The notes: generated by a model not told the origin, from the sequence alone. A DNA stretch of 64,000 nucleotides from an uncultured Spirochaetales bacterium (GCA_949295675.1 CASFMA010000026.1:9898-73897), one strand, 5' to 3'; positions 1 through 10,656 are shown, numbered from the stretch's first letter. A program made the numbers and translations.

Positions 1-1293
1 GCCGTGAGCGACAAGTCCCTCTCACTGCTTTCGATAAGCGATGCGATAATCTTCCTGATGGACTGCATGGAGGTGACAAGGGAGGACCAGCTCCTGATAG
101 ATGAGCTCCGCCCTTATTCAGATAAAGTTGTTCTCTGCGTCAATAAGGTGGATGACATAAAAAGGGACGATCTTGTCTGGAACTTCTTCTCATATGGCTA
201 CCAGCGTGTCGTCGGGATATCTGCAGCGCATGGCCTCGGCATAGAGGATCTCGAGGATACTCTCCTTGGAATGCTTGATCTTGAGCGCACCGAGGATGAG
301 CCTGAAGAGCCCGAGACCATAAAGCTTGCCATACTCGGCAAGCCTAATACAGGCAAGAGCACTCTCATGAACCTGCTTACCGGCCGCGATATCTCGATAG
401 TAAGCCCCATTGCCGGCACGACACGTGATGTCATGCGCGGCACGTTCATATACAAAGGCACTGAATACACCGTCCTTGATACCGCCGGGATAAGGAGGAA
501 GAGCAAGGTCGATGAGGATGTCGAGTATTACTCTGTCAACAGGGCGATCAAGACCATAGACGATGCTGATGTCGTCCTGCTTATGATAGACATAACGGAG
601 GGGATCTCGGATCAGGATAAGAAAATCGCCAACCTTATCGTCAGAAGGGGAAAAGGAGTGCTGCTTGTGCTGAACAAGATGGATCTCCTGAAGGGAACCC
701 CAAATGAGATCGAGGCGATAAAGGACAGGGTCAGGTTCCTTTTCCCGATTCTTTCCTTTGCCCCGCTGATGCCTATATCTGCACTCGATGGCATCGATAT
801 AGGCAAGATGCTTGATATGGTATGGGCGGTCTGGAAGCAGCTGAACAAGCGAGTCGACACATCACAGCTGAATGAAGCCCTGCAGGTATGGACGCATGAC
901 AATGAACCTCCACGCGGAGCGCAGGGGCACTATAAGGTACTTTATGGGACGCAGGTGTCTTCAACCCCTGTCCGCTTCCTGTTCTTTGTCAACCGCATAC
1001 ATGGCTTTCCGGAGACCTATGTCTCCTATCTCAAGAACATGATCCGCCGTGATTTCGGGTTCACGAACATTCCTGTTGAGATATCACTTCGCGAGAGACG
1101 CCGCAATCCAAGCCTTCATGAGAAAGGTCCTTCGAAGAACGAGGCTGCGATTCAGAGCGTTATGAAGAGCAATTCAGGCAAATCCGCCAAGAAGAGCGGT
1201 GTTTCCAGGAAGCCTGGCGGAAAGGCCAGGACAGGGAAGGCCAGGGAAGCCGCGGAGAAGATCGTACGCAACCAGAGGCAGAAGAGGAAGTAA
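1..1293 (+). CDS. der: GTPase Der/EngA (5' end truncated by the window edge)
   Basis: The end of GTPase domain 1 is visible (CVNKVDD). A complete second GTPase domain follows (GKPNTGKSTLMNLL, DTAGIRRK, LNKMDLL), then a KH-like C-terminal domain and a K/R-rich tail. The ORF is open to position 1. Confidence 0.9.
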   Translation, partial: AVSDKSLSLLSISDAIIFLMDCMEVTREDQLLIDELRPYSDKVVLCVNKVDDIKRDDLVWNFFSYGYQRVVGISAAHGLGIEDLEDTLLGMLDLERTEDEPEEPETIKLAILGKPNTGKSTLMNLLTGRDISIVSPIAGTTRDVMRGTFIYKGTEYTVLDTAGIRRKSKVDEDVEYYSVNRAIKTIDDADVVLLMIDITEGISDQDKKIANLIVRRGKGVLLVLNKMDLLKGTPNEIEAIKDRVRFLFPILSFAPLMPISALDGIDIGKMLDMVWAVWKQLNKRVDTSQLNEALQVWTHDNEPPRGAQGHYKVLYGTQVSSTPVRFLFFVNRIHGFPETYVSYLKNMIRRDFGFTNIPVEISLRERRRNPSLHEKGPSKNEAAIQSVMKSNSGKSAKKSGVSRKPGGKARTGKAREAAEKIVRNQRQKRK

Positions 1294-1294
1294 G

Positions 1295-1981
1295 ATGGGA
1301 CTAGCAGCTCAGTGGCATATAGAGGCTATAGCTTTTGATATTGACGGGACACTCTATCCTAAACGCTCGCTTGATCTTCGCCTTGCCCTGACTTCCATCC
1401 TCCATCTTCCATTCGCGCTGCGCTATAACGCCATGAGGCGGCAGATACGAAAGGAGGATGGGCTTGCAGCTAGGCCTCCCATGCCCCTCTGCGCATTCCA
1501 GGCGAGGGAAGCCGGGATAATGTATCCAGGGAAGGATAGGACCCGTTGGTTCATATCAAAGGAGGAAAGGGTCTTCAGGCGCCCATGGGAGAAGGTCTTT
1601 GGCAACATCGAGGGCTTTCCAGGCATGAAGGCTGCGCTGGAGGAAGCTTCGGCGTCTTACAGGCTATGTGCCCTCTCAGATTTCCCTGTTGGCGTGAAGC
1701 TCAGGGCTTTGGGCGTTGAGGATTTGTTCTCGTTCATCGCCTCATCGGAGGACTATGGAGCTCTCAAGCCATCCGCGACGCCGTTCATTGCGATGCTTGA
1801 TGCGATTTCTCTCACGCCTGACCGTGTTCTTTATGTAGGAGACAGCGAAAGCAAGGATATAGCTGGCGCAAAAGGTGCAGGAATGCGCGCTGCCCTTATT
1901 TCCCCCTCCTGCAGGAAAGTGTATAGTAAAGCTGATTTAGTTTTCTCATCCTGGAATGAATTCAGGGAGAGGGTGCTGTAG
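1295..1981 (+). CDS. HAD-superfamily hydrolase
   Basis: Motif I is AFDIDGTLYP and the C-terminal motif is YVGDSESKDIAGAKGAG. I chose the ATG at 1295, 1 nt after the der stop. The longer ORF from 1199 overlaps the der tail. Confidence 0.7.
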   Translation: MGLAAQWHIEAIAFDIDGTLYPKRSLDLRLALTSILHLPFALRYNAMRRQIRKEDGLAARPPMPLCAFQAREAGIMYPGKDRTRWFISKEERVFRRPWEKVFGNIEGFPGMKAALEEASASYRLCALSDFPVGVKLRALGVEDLFSFIASSEDYGALKPSATPFIAMLDAISLTPDRVLYVGDSESKDIAGAKGAGMRAALISPSCRKVYSKADLVFSSWNEFRERVL

Positions 1982-1993
1982 GGGTATGTTGAT

Positions 1994-3859
1994 ATGCTGA
2001 TGACGAAGGATCTCATTATTTTCGCTGTTCTGGTTGTTCTGGTCTCTTTCTTCCTTAATCTTCTTGTGCTGGGGATATCAAAAAGGAAGAATCGCAATGA
2101 GCGTACGCTGAAGAATATAAACATGCAGATCAAGGCATTCAGGAATGAGTCCTCGTCAACGATCGAGCGTATCAGCACTGCAGGACGCGAGTGCCAGCAG
2201 GCAGTCGAGGCAAAGATAGGGGAAGCCGGTGCGATGATCAAGCAGGTCGCAGATTCCCTTGACTCGCTCTCGCAGCACCATAAGGACCTTGCTGCACTCG
2301 AGACTGTCTGTGTCAATTACAAGACAGCGCTTGAGAAGCTAAGGATATCAACAGAACAGGCCGAGGCAAGGATACAGGCCGTGCAGGAAGAGGTGCGGAA
2401 GGCAGAGGCCGTGAATGAGTTCGTTGCATCTTTCCAGAGCGATGCTGAGCGCCTTACAGGCCAGATGCAGGACCTGAGAAGCGATTATGTACGTCTTGTT
2501 GCGGCAACAGAGGAGAATCTGAAGGCCGCTGCAGAGGTCCAGAGGAACGAGAACCAGGACATGCTGCAGGAGTTCGGAGCGACACTTGGTCGTTTCCGCT
2601 CTGATTTCGGTGATTACGTATCATCGCTGAGGGCTGAGTTCGAGGCATTCTCTTCAGAGGAAAGGAAGAAGGCCGATGATGCCATCATCGATACAGAGAA
2701 CAGAAGGGAATACATAATCAGAAGCCTGGATGAGGGAAAAGCCGCGCTGGACGCATACAGAGGCGAGCTTGAGTCATCCCTTGCAGCCCTCGAAGAGAAG
2801 ACACACGCGCTTGAAAGCAATGCAGACACTTCGATAGCATCATTCGCCAATGCAGTTGACAGCCGCAGCGAGGAGGCCAGGAACGCCATCGATAAGGCCG
2901 TTGAGGAAATGAAGGCGAAGATTGCCGAGATTGACAGGGCAGAGGATGATGAGACCGAGAGACGCAAGGTATCTCTCTCGGACAGCCTTAATGAGATAAT
3001 GGATTCCCTGGATAGTGCCATAAAGGAGAAGAGCGAGTCGTTCTCCTCGATGTCATCGGCTCTGTCCAGCTCATTCGAGTCAGCCCTGGATGAGAAGAAA
3101 AGAGCTGCAGAGTCCGATCTTCAGTCCCTTATGTCCAGGCTTCAGGATGAAGCCGCCTCGATCCGTGATGCGATCGATGGCCTCAGACGGACAGGAGAGG
3201 ACGCGGAAGAGAATACGAAAAGGACGATCCAGGAGGCTCTTCAGAATGCAGAGAACGCAAGGTCCGCGCTCGATTCCGAGAGGAATGTATTCATCTCCTC
3301 TTCCTGCGATGCTCTCCAGCGCGGCTTTGATTCTATGATCGGAGAGATCGACAGCCGCTATCAGAAGATGAAAGAAGATGGAGAGGCTTTCATCAAGAAC
3401 CTTGCAGATCGTGTGCAGGAAACAAGGGAGACCATCGCTCTTCTTTCAGAGGGTGAGAGGGAGAAGATTTCTGATTCCGTGGACAGGCTGAATGAGCTTG
3501 AAGGCAAGATAAAGCTCTCCGAGGATCAGCTGACCGCGCTCTCAGAGCAGATCACGCGTACCCGCGAGGAGCTGTTCACGGTCCAGCAGGACAGAGGCAA
3601 GCTCGACAGCGATATCGCAGAGAAATCAAAAGAGCTTGACAAGCTCCAGAGCGATATGCAGAGCGCAAAGGCCCAGAGAATCAACGAGGAAGCGGCACTT
3701 GTCCGCCTTAAGCTTCAGATAAGCAATCTCCAGAAAGCGAACGCTGCAAAGGACAACAGCGCAAAGAAGAAGCCTGAGGATATGATAGAGGAGTTCCCCG
3801 ATGATATCTTCACAGGCAATATAGAGGATGTGGATCTTTCCGACGATAATGACAATTAA
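1994..3859 (+). CDS. Membrane-anchored long coiled-coil protein of unknown function
   Basis: A single N-terminal TM segment (IIFAVLVVLVSFFLNLLVLGI) is followed by ~580 aa of E/K/A/L/S-rich heptad-like sequence and an acidic tail. I see no catalytic motif. Confidence 0.6.
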   Translation: MLMTKDLIIFAVLVVLVSFFLNLLVLGISKRKNRNERTLKNINMQIKAFRNESSSTIERISTAGRECQQAVEAKIGEAGAMIKQVADSLDSLSQHHKDLAALETVCVNYKTALEKLRISTEQAEARIQAVQEEVRKAEAVNEFVASFQSDAERLTGQMQDLRSDYVRLVAATEENLKAAAEVQRNENQDMLQEFGATLGRFRSDFGDYVSSLRAEFEAFSSEERKKADDAIIDTENRREYIIRSLDEGKAALDAYRGELESSLAALEEKTHALESNADTSIASFANAVDSRSEEARNAIDKAVEEMKAKIAEIDRAEDDETERRKVSLSDSLNEIMDSLDSAIKEKSESFSSMSSALSSSFESALDEKKRAAESDLQSLMSRLQDEAASIRDAIDGLRRTGEDAEENTKRTIQEALQNAENARSALDSERNVFISSSCDALQRGFDSMIGEIDSRYQKMKEDGEAFIKNLADRVQETRETIALLSEGEREKISDSVDRLNELEGKIKLSEDQLTALSEQITRTREELFTVQQDRGKLDSDIAEKSKELDKLQSDMQSAKAQRINEEAALVRLKLQISNLQKANAAKDNSAKKKPEDMIEEFPDDIFTGNIEDVDLSDDNDN

Positions 3860-3867
3860 GGCTTATT

Positions 3868-3886
3868 GCCGCTCCTTCGGGGCGGC
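3868..3886. terminator. Possible bidirectional hairpin between convergent genes
   Basis: GCCGC(3868-72) pairs with GCGGC(3882-86) around a CC-TTCG-GG inner stem-loop. It lies between the coiled-coil gene stop (3859) and the minus-strand stop (3894). The flanking T tract is weak. Confidence 0.35.
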
Positions 3887-3893
3887 TGCCTTG

Positions 3894-4696
3894 CTATTCA
3901 AGGCATGCTTTTGCCTTGTCCAGCATAAGCCTGGCGTATCCTTCAAGGCCCATCTTGCCAAGTCTCTCTTTGTTGGGAATCTCAAGGACGACCGGTATCG
4001 TGGCATGATCAGGGATGCAGTTCATTATCTTCTTTATTCCGGCAACTCCCTCCCCGGGGCAGGCCCTGCGTGATAGTCCATCGCGCTGAAGGTCCTCCAT
4101 CGATCTGGATGTGGCAGCAAAGCAGTCGCACATATGCACAACGTGAACCATTTCTGCGGGCATCTGCGGATTTCCTCCGGGGAGACTCCTGAATGATGGA
4201 AATGGAATATGTCGATAAGAAGGCCTGCATTAGGCTGTCCTGCGCGCTCAAGCAGCTGCCTTGCCTGAATGATATCGGGGATGCCTGACCATATGATCGG
4301 CTCAAGGTTCACCTTCATGCTGAAGCGCGATGCAATCCTGCAGATATCCCTGAAGCGGCTGATGCGAGCCTCCCTGTCCCTTGATGGGATGGTGAGAGTA
4401 ATGTCTTCTATGCCTAGCGCTGCAGCAGCTTCGAGCGATGGGATGCACTTCTCGGCATTGAAGTCATCGGTGATGCGTATAAGCTCTGCATCCCTGCACT
4501 TGAGCCCTGTCTCTTCAAGTGCCTTCCGCGTCCTGTCCATCATGGCTTTGTCATGGGCGATGTCATAGGCATGATCGTCTTCACGCCCTAATATGCGGAG
4601 GCTCACCGCGTCATAGCCAGCGGCGGCTGCAGCCCTTATGAAGGCCGGAGGGGGCGTTGCAAGGTCAGCAAGGTGGGCAAGCGAATAGATGTGCAT
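3894..4696 (-). pseudogene. Sugar phosphate isomerase/epimerase (xylose isomerase-like TIM barrel), split by a frameshift near 4165
   Basis: ORF 4034..4696 supplies the N-terminal ~177 aa (..LLIDIFHFHHSGVSPEEIR) and then drifts into non-family sequence. ORF 3894..4163 in another frame continues with PAEMVHVVHMCD..PGEG..VVLEIPN, which is the expected C-terminal part. Joined length is ~266 aa, typical for this family. Confidence 0.6.
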
Positions 4697-4728
4697 AGCG
4701 GTATTATACCATCAATCTTCTGTGCCAT

Positions 4729-4757
4729 TTGACTATGTCTATCTACTTTATTACATT
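4729..4757 (+). promoter_or_regulatory. Candidate sigma-70 promoter for grpE-dnaK-dnaJ
   Basis: TTGACT(4729-34)-N17-TACATT(4752-57), about 25 nt upstream of the grpE start. No CIRCE element was seen. Confidence 0.35.
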
Positions 4758-4781
4758 CTCTTTATGCGCTGAGGACGCTAT

Positions 4782-5378
4782 ATGTCACGTAAGAACAACA
4801 AGAAAAGAGGAAATATGGCTGAAGAAGAGAAGAAGGAAGTCGAGGAGACTCCTGTTGAAGAAAAGCCCGAAGAGGCTGGACAGGCTGTGGAGAATGATGA
4901 GACTGAAGCTCTCAGGAGCCGCGTAAAGGAACTTGAGGACAAGGTTGCGGAGCTCAATGACAGGATCCTCAGGGATGCTGCAGAGACAGAGAACTACAAG
5001 AAGAGGCTCCGTCAGGATAAGGAGAATGCAGTCAAGTATGCTAATGAATCGCTTATCCGCGATCTGCTGGATCCACTTGATAATTTCTCCAGGGCCATAG
5101 AGGCTGCTGAGAAATCACAGGATGTCGAGACAATAAAGAAAGGCGTTGAGATGGTTGAGAGCCAGCTGAAGACTGTCTTGAGCACGAACTGGGGGCTTGA
5201 GCAGTTCTCTCCCGATGGCCAGGATTTCGATCCGTCTGAGATGGAAGCCTGCATGATGAAGGAAGAGGAGGGCCTTGACAAGGAAAAGGTCCTGCAGGTC
5301 TTCATGAAAGGCTACAAGCTCCATGGCAAGGTTCTCAGAAGCGCTAAGGTCGTGGTAGGCAAGCCTAAAAAGAATTGA
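4782..5378 (+). CDS. grpE: Nucleotide exchange factor GrpE
   Basis: Acidic N-terminus, coiled-coil region, and C-terminal FDPSEMEACMM..GYKLHGKVLRSAKVVVGK. It sits immediately upstream of dnaK. An alternative start is the ATG at 4815, which has an AGAGGA RBS. Confidence 0.9.
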   Translation: MSRKNNKKRGNMAEEEKKEVEETPVEEKPEEAGQAVENDETEALRSRVKELEDKVAELNDRILRDAAETENYKKRLRQDKENAVKYANESLIRDLLDPLDNFSRAIEAAEKSQDVETIKKGVEMVESQLKTVLSTNWGLEQFSPDGQDFDPSEMEACMMKEEEGLDKEKVLQVFMKGYKLHGKVLRSAKVVVGKPKKN

Positions 5379-5469
5379 CGATTGCCCGCGGCTTTATTAT
5401 CTTACCGTTGATGGGAGCGGAAGCTTCCGGATTGAGAAGAATTAAACTGATACATGGAGAGAAAATAAA

Positions 5470-7404
5470 ATGGGAAAGATTATTGGCATAGACTTGGGAA
5501 CGACCAACAGCTGCGTTGCCGTCATGGAAGGCAGCGAGCCAGTGGTTATCGCAAACAGCGAAGGGGACAGGACGACACCTTCTGTAGTTGGCTTCACTGA
5601 TTCTGACAGGCTTGTCGGAAAGCCGGCAAAGAACCAGATGGTCACGAACCCTGAGAATACTGTCTATTCTATAAAGAGATTCATGGGACGTAAGTACCAT
5701 GAGGTAAGCGAAGAGCTTAAGATGGTCCCTTATAAGGTGGTTGCCGGAGCAGGGGACGAGATCAAGGTCGATATAAGGGGCAAGGAGTATTCCCCTCAGG
5801 AGATTTCCGCTATTGTCCTTCAGAAGATGAAGAAGACAGCAGAGGATTATCTCGGTGAAAGCGTCACAGAGGCTGTCATCACCGTTCCTGCATATTTCAA
5901 TGACGCGCAGCGTCAGGCTACGAAGGATGCAGGAAGGATAGCAGGACTTGATGTGAAGAGGATAGTGAACGAGCCTACAGCCGCTGCCCTTGCATACGGA
6001 TTTGGAAAGGATAAGAGCGATAAGGAAGAGACCATAGCTGTCTATGACTTCGGTGGCGGTACTTTCGATATCTCTATCCTCGAGCTTGGTGATGGCGTTT
6101 TCGAGGTTAAGTCCACTAATGGAGACACACACCTCGGAGGCGATAATATCGACCAGGTCATAATCGACTGGATGGTTGCTGACTTCAAGCAGAAGAACGG
6201 AGTTGACCTTTCCAATGACAAGATGGCGCTCCAGAGGCTCAAGGAAGCTGCAGAGCAGGCTAAGATCACGCTTTCGTCATCCATGACGACAACGATAAAC
6301 CTTCCGTTCATCACAGCCAACGCCAATGGGCCGCTTCATCTCCAGATGGAGCTCTCAAGGGCTAAGTTCGAGCAGATGATCGCGCCTATCATAGAGAGGT
6401 CGAAGGTCCCTTGCCAGAATGCGCTCAGGGATGCCGGTATCACTGCAAGCGGTGTCGATGAGGTTATCCTTGTCGGTGGATCTTCCAGGATCCCTGCTGT
6501 CCAGGCTCTCGTTAAGGAGCTTTTCGGAAAAGAGCCGCATAAGGGAGTCAATCCTGATGAAGTCGTTGCAGTAGGTGCTGCAATACAGGGCGGAATCCTC
6601 AAGGGAGATGTCAAGGATGTGCTTCTTCTCGATGTGACGCCGCTTTCGCTTGGAATCGAGACGCTTGGCGGTGTCTGCACGAAGCTTATAGAGAGGAATA
6701 CGACAATTCCTACCCGCAAGAGCCAGATCTTCTCTACAGCATCCGATGGCCAGACCGCTGTATCGATCCATGTCCTCCAGGGTGAAAGAGAGCTTGCATC
6801 ACAGAACAGGACTCTTGGAACATTCAACCTTGAAGGCATTGCACCTGCACCGCGTGGAGTACCTCAGATCGAAGTCACATTCGATATCGATGCGAACGGC
6901 ATAGTCCATGTCTCCGCAAAGGATCTCGGCACCGGCAAGGAGCAGAAGATCAGGATTGAATCCTCTTCAGGCCTTTCCGAGCAGGAGATCGACAAGATGG
7001 TAAAGGATGCAGAGGCCCATGCCGCTGAGGATAAGAAGGCAAGGGAGGGCATCGAGGCAAGGAACAATGCCGAGAGCGTGGTCTATTCCACGGAAAAAGC
7101 CCTTAAGGATTATGGCGATAAGATAAGCCCGTCTGAAAGGGGGAATATCGAGAGCGCTGTCCAAGAGCTCAAGGATGCCCTTGCGAACTCTTCGTCAACC
7201 CCTGATGAGATCAAGAGCAAGACAGAGCGTGTCCAGCAGGCTTCGATGGAGCTTGGACAGAAGGTCTATGAGAGTGCACAGCAGGCACAGCAGCAGTCGC
7301 AGCCTGGCAGCTCTGCCGATAACGGCTCTTCAGCATCTTCGGGATCATCATCCAGCAGCAATGACTCTGGAACGATGGACGCAGATTTTGAAGAAGTCAA
7401 ATAA
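5470..7404 (+). CDS. dnaK: Chaperone DnaK (Hsp70)
   Basis: [13 protein letters not shown] and [12 protein letters not shown] are present, and Hsp70 similarity runs the full length. The C-terminal tail is S/Q-rich. Confidence 0.98.
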   Translation: MGKIIGIDLGTTNSCVAVMEGSEPVVIANSEGDRTTPSVVGFTDSDRLVGKPAKNQMVTNPENTVYSIKRFMGRKYHEVSEELKMVPYKVVAGAGDEIKVDIRGKEYSPQEISAIVLQKMKKTAEDYLGESVTEAVITVPAYFNDAQRQATKDAGRIAGLDVKRIVNEPTAAALAYGFGKDKSDKEETIAVYDFGGGTFDISILELGDGVFEVKSTNGDTHLGGDNIDQVIIDWMVADFKQKNGVDLSNDKMALQRLKEAAEQAKITLSSSMTTTINLPFITANANGPLHLQMELSRAKFEQMIAPIIERSKVPCQNALRDAGITASGVDEVILVGGSSRIPAVQALVKELFGKEPHKGVNPDEVVAVGAAIQGGILKGDVKDVLLLDVTPLSLGIETLGGVCTKLIERNTTIPTRKSQIFSTASDGQTAVSIHVLQGERELASQNRTLGTFNLEGIAPAPRGVPQIEVTFDIDANGIVHVSAKDLGTGKEQKIRIESSSGLSEQEIDKMVKDAEAHAAEDKKAREGIEARNNAESVVYSTEKALKDYGDKISPSERGNIESAVQELKDALANSSSTPDEIKSKTERVQQASMELGQKVYESAQQAQQQSQPGSSADNGSSASSGSSSSSNDSGTMDADFEEVK

Positions 7405-7425
7405 GGTATACAGGGCTAATGATGG

Positions 7426-7449
7426 AAGCAGCATGGCAGCATGCTGCTT
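7426..7449 (+). terminator. Hairpin (partial terminator or attenuator) between dnaK and dnaJ
   Basis: A perfect 10-bp stem, AAGCAGCATG / CATGCTGCTT, encloses a GCAG loop and is followed by TCT. The U tract is short, so this is probably only a partial terminator. Confidence 0.45.
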
Positions 7450-7471
7450 TCTGCCGGACGAGGGGAGAGGT

Positions 7472-8584
7472 ATGGCTAAAAGAGATTACTATGAAGTTCT
7501 GGGCGTTTCAAAAACCGCCACTGAGGAAGAGATAAAGAAAGCATACAGAAAGATCGCCCTGGCTAATCATCCTGATACCCATCCCAATGATAAGGATGCA
7601 GAAGAAAGGTTCAAGGAAGCCAGCGAGGCATATGAAGTCCTTTCTGATTCCAAGAAGAGGAAGGCCTATGACCAGTTTGGCTTCAGCGGAATGAATGACT
7701 TCCAGGGCGGCGCTGCAGGCAATTACTCAAATGTCTATAGGGATTTCTCAGACATTTTCGGCGGTGCTGGCGGATTTGAGGATATATTCTCTTCATTCTT
7801 CGGCGGCGGGCGTGCACGTTCTTCCCGTTCCCAGGGTGAGCCTGGTGCATCGTTCAGATATGATCTCACGATTGATTTCAAGGAAGCTGCATTCGGCTGC
7901 AAGAAGGAAATCTCCTTCTCCCACAAGGTCAAGTGCGATAGCTGCTCAGGGCAGGGAGGCTCGGGGCGCCATACATGCCCGACATGCGGAGGATCCGGCC
8001 GTGTCACGCAGGGCTCTGGCTTCTTCCAGGTCGCGACAAGCTGCCGTGCCTGCGGAGGAAAGGGCTATGTGATTGATAATCCGTGCGCAGCATGCCATGG
8101 CACTGGCACGGTCTCGAAGAAAGAGAAGCTTATGGTCACCATACCTGCCGGAATCGACAATGGTGCAAGGCTTACGCTCAGAGGCAAGGGAGATGAAGGG
8201 ACTAATGGCGGTCCTGCAGGCGATCTTGTACTGTTCATTTCCGTGCGGCCTGATAAGTATTTCGTAAGGGAAGGACAGGATGTATATCTGCAGGTCCCTG
8301 TCTCAATCGCGCAGGCTACGCTTGGTGCGTCAATACTGGTGCCGACGATAGAGGGCAATGATGTCTCTGTGGAGATCCCTGCTGGCATACAGTCCGGCAC
8401 GATGCTTCGCCTGAAGGGAAAAGGGATACCTGTGCTGCAGGGACGTGGCAGCGGCGATATGTATCTTCGTGTTGTAGTGGAGATTCCTAAGCGCCTCTCG
8501 ATGAAGGCGAAAGGACTGATGAAGGAACTGGCATCTGAGCTTAAGGAGACAACAAAGCCGGAGCCTATGGAGTTCAGAGGCTGA
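7472..8584 (+). CDS. dnaJ: Co-chaperone DnaJ
   Basis: J domain ([31 protein letters not shown]), a G/F-rich region, and four CxxCxGxG repeats ([32 protein letters not shown]). The ATG at 7472 has a GGGGAGAGG RBS. The ORF-track extension back to 7175 overlaps dnaK. Confidence 0.95.
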   Translation: MAKRDYYEVLGVSKTATEEEIKKAYRKIALANHPDTHPNDKDAEERFKEASEAYEVLSDSKKRKAYDQFGFSGMNDFQGGAAGNYSNVYRDFSDIFGGAGGFEDIFSSFFGGGRARSSRSQGEPGASFRYDLTIDFKEAAFGCKKEISFSHKVKCDSCSGQGGSGRHTCPTCGGSGRVTQGSGFFQVATSCRACGGKGYVIDNPCAACHGTGTVSKKEKLMVTIPAGIDNGARLTLRGKGDEGTNGGPAGDLVLFISVRPDKYFVREGQDVYLQVPVSIAQATLGASILVPTIEGNDVSVEIPAGIQSGTMLRLKGKGIPVLQGRGSGDMYLRVVVEIPKRLSMKAKGLMKELASELKETTKPEPMEFRG

Positions 8585-9336
8585 TGGGTGAGAAAGTATA
8601 TGGGCATCATGCCATAGAGGAAGCTATCAAGAAAGCGGGGATGGGATCCACGCTGTTCATCGACAGGACGAAAGCTGACAAGTTCAGCGCTATGATCCGT
8701 GAAGCGCAGCTTACAGGAAAGATCGCTGTCAGGAAGGTATCGAGAGATGAGCTTGAGAGAATGCTTCCCGGAGCAGATCTCAGAGGTGCCTTGCTTGATA
8801 TGGGAGGCCCCAGACGTGGAGCTTCAAGGCTTCAGGAGACCACTGTAGAGGAGTTCTGCGCAAAGCTTGGAGATGGAGACAATGCCCTGGTCCTCATGCT
8901 TGACGGCATCACTGACCCTCACAACCTAGGTGCGATACTGCGCTCTGCCGATCAGTTCGGCGTCGATCTTGTTGTCATCCCTGAGCGCCGTTCCGTCCAG
9001 GCTAACGAGACAGTCGTGAAGGTCTCATCCGGAGCAGCTCAGTACGTTCCGATTGCTGTCGTGACGAACCTGTCGCGCGCGATCGGGACGTTCAAGGACA
9101 ATGGATTCTGGGTATATGGCGCTGACATGGCGGGCGAGTCCTCTTATTCAATTGAGTTCGCGGGGAAGAGCGTCATCGTCATGGGCTCTGAAGGAGATGG
9201 CATGTCGCAGCTCGTCAGGAAGAACTGCGATCATATCGTATCAATACCGATGAGAGGACACATAGACTCCCTGAATGTATCTGTGGCAGCTGGCATACTG
9301 CTTTATGAATCCAGAAGAGAAGATCAGGTGAAATAA
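8584..9336 (+). CDS. rlmB: SpoU/TrmH-family RNA 2'-O-methyltransferase (RlmB-like)
   Basis: N-terminal substrate-binding region (YGHHAIEEAIKK) plus SpoU motifs VIVMGSEGDGMS and LNVSVAAGILLYE. The start overlaps the dnaJ stop (TGATG). Confidence 0.7.
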   Translation: MGEKVYGHHAIEEAIKKAGMGSTLFIDRTKADKFSAMIREAQLTGKIAVRKVSRDELERMLPGADLRGALLDMGGPRRGASRLQETTVEEFCAKLGDGDNALVLMLDGITDPHNLGAILRSADQFGVDLVVIPERRSVQANETVVKVSSGAAQYVPIAVVTNLSRAIGTFKDNGFWVYGADMAGESSYSIEFAGKSVIVMGSEGDGMSQLVRKNCDHIVSIPMRGHIDSLNVSVAAGILLYESRREDQVK

Positions 9337-10583
9337 GCGTTTCCGATGTCCTCTCTGTACCAGAGGCTTCGGAAGCCCTTCCTTTCTATGAGGTCGTATG
9401 CCTGCCTGTTCGCTTCCTGCAGATTGCGGCCTTTGCCTACTACGGTTATATTCCTTCCGCCAGTCGTGACTGCCTTGCCGTTCTCCTCCTGTATGGCACC
9501 TATGAATACATCGGGATAGTCAAGGATAGGCTCAAGGAGCCTCGCATCTATGCCGTTTATGATACGTCCGGTCTTCGGATATAGCGGATAGCCTTCGGAA
9601 GCAAGCACGACAGCCACTGTGCACATATCGGAAACGTCAAGCTCTATCGTGTTCACAGTGTCGTTCCTCATTGCGTAGAGTATTGATATCAGATCTGTGT
9701 TGATGAGAGGGACCATTGCCTGCGTCGCAGGATCGTTCAGCCTGACATGGTAATCAACAAGATAGGGCTCCCCATCTTCCCTTATCATCATGGACAGCGT
9801 GAGGACTCCCTTGTATGACAGCTGCTCGACCTTCATTCCGTATAGCGTCGGGTCTATTATCTTTTCCTTTATCTTTCCTTTCATCTTCTCAAGGAGAGGG
9901 ACAGGGCAGATTGCGCCCATCCCGCCTGTCGGGGTGTTGTCGATTGCGCTCTTGTGCATGTAGTCGCTGGTCACAGGCAGTGCAAGGTAGCCGTTCCTGT
10001 CCACAAGCAGCGTGCATGTCGCAGGTGTTCCCTTTATATATTCCTCCAGGAGCACATTGCCTTTCGGGAACAATGTGGAGGCAAAGTCCATCAAAGCCTC
10101 CGTATCGTCAGATGAGAGCATCACCCTTGATGGTGATACCGAATTGCTTTTTATTATGAATGTCTCGCCGATGTGCTTCTCAAGATATTTCCTCAGATCA
10201 TCAGGCTTCGAGAAGAATGATCCGCGTGGCACTGGTATATTGTGCCTGTTCGAGAACGCCCTTGAGAAGGACCTGTCCCCCTCCAGCTTGAGGGATGCAG
10301 ATGGGGCTCCGAATGTCTCGATCCCCCTGTCATTCAGGTATTTTACCACTCCGGTGAAGAGCGGGGTCTCTGTCCCTATGAATACGAAGTCAATCTTGTT
10401 GTCCACGCATGCCTGATACACATCGCCAGGATCTGCGATGTTGACAGATGGAAGATTCGTCGCGAATCTCTGTGTTGCCAGATTGCCAGGAGCGACAAAC
10501 AAAGCAGAGATGAAAGAACTCTTGCTGAACCACCATGCGATAGCATGGTCCTTAGCTCCTGAACCTAAGAGCAAAACCCTCAT
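9324..10583 (-). CDS. purD: Phosphoribosylamine-glycine ligase
   Basis: N-terminus MRVLLLGSGAKDHAIAWW, ATP-grasp body, 419 aa. It overlaps the rlmB 3' end convergently by 13 nt. Confidence 0.85.
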   Translation of the reverse strand: MRVLLLGSGAKDHAIAWWFSKSSFISALFVAPGNLATQRFATNLPSVNIADPGDVYQACVDNKIDFVFIGTETPLFTGVVKYLNDRGIETFGAPSASLKLEGDRSFSRAFSNRHNIPVPRGSFFSKPDDLRKYLEKHIGETFIIKSNSVSPSRVMLSSDDTEALMDFASTLFPKGNVLLEEYIKGTPATCTLLVDRNGYLALPVTSDYMHKSAIDNTPTGGMGAICPVPLLEKMKGKIKEKIIDPTLYGMKVEQLSYKGVLTLSMMIREDGEPYLVDYHVRLNDPATQAMVPLINTDLISILYAMRNDTVNTIELDVSDMCTVAVVLASEGYPLYPKTGRIINGIDARLLEPILDYPDVFIGAIQEENGKAVTTGGRNITVVGKGRNLQEANRQAYDLIERKGFRSLWYREDIGNAYFT

Positions 10584-10656
10584 AGCTGACTCCTTTTAAT
10601 AAAACGCTATCACACCGAAATTGGAAAATCAAAGAAAATCTCCAAAATGAATAGGG

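Noticed and set aside
1199-1294. Upstream extension of the HAD hydrolase ORF
   Set aside because: It overlaps the der C-terminal tail. The HAD motif I follows the ATG at 1295 closely.
4697-5469. A CIRCE (HrcA) operator expected near grpE/dnaK
   Set aside because: No TTAGCACTC-N9-GAGTGCTAA-like sequence occurs upstream of grpE or dnaK. The only palindrome is CGGAAGCTTCCG at 5418-5429, which does not resemble CIRCE.
5365-6132. 255-aa minus-strand ORF
   Set aside because: It lies entirely antisense to dnaK, whose identity is unambiguous. It is a shadow ORF with low-complexity, implausible sequence.
7175-7471. N-terminal extension of the dnaJ ORF (start at 7175)
   Set aside because: It overlaps the dnaK C-terminus in another frame. 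The J domain begins right after the ATG at 7472, which has a good RBS, and a hairpin lies between the two genes.
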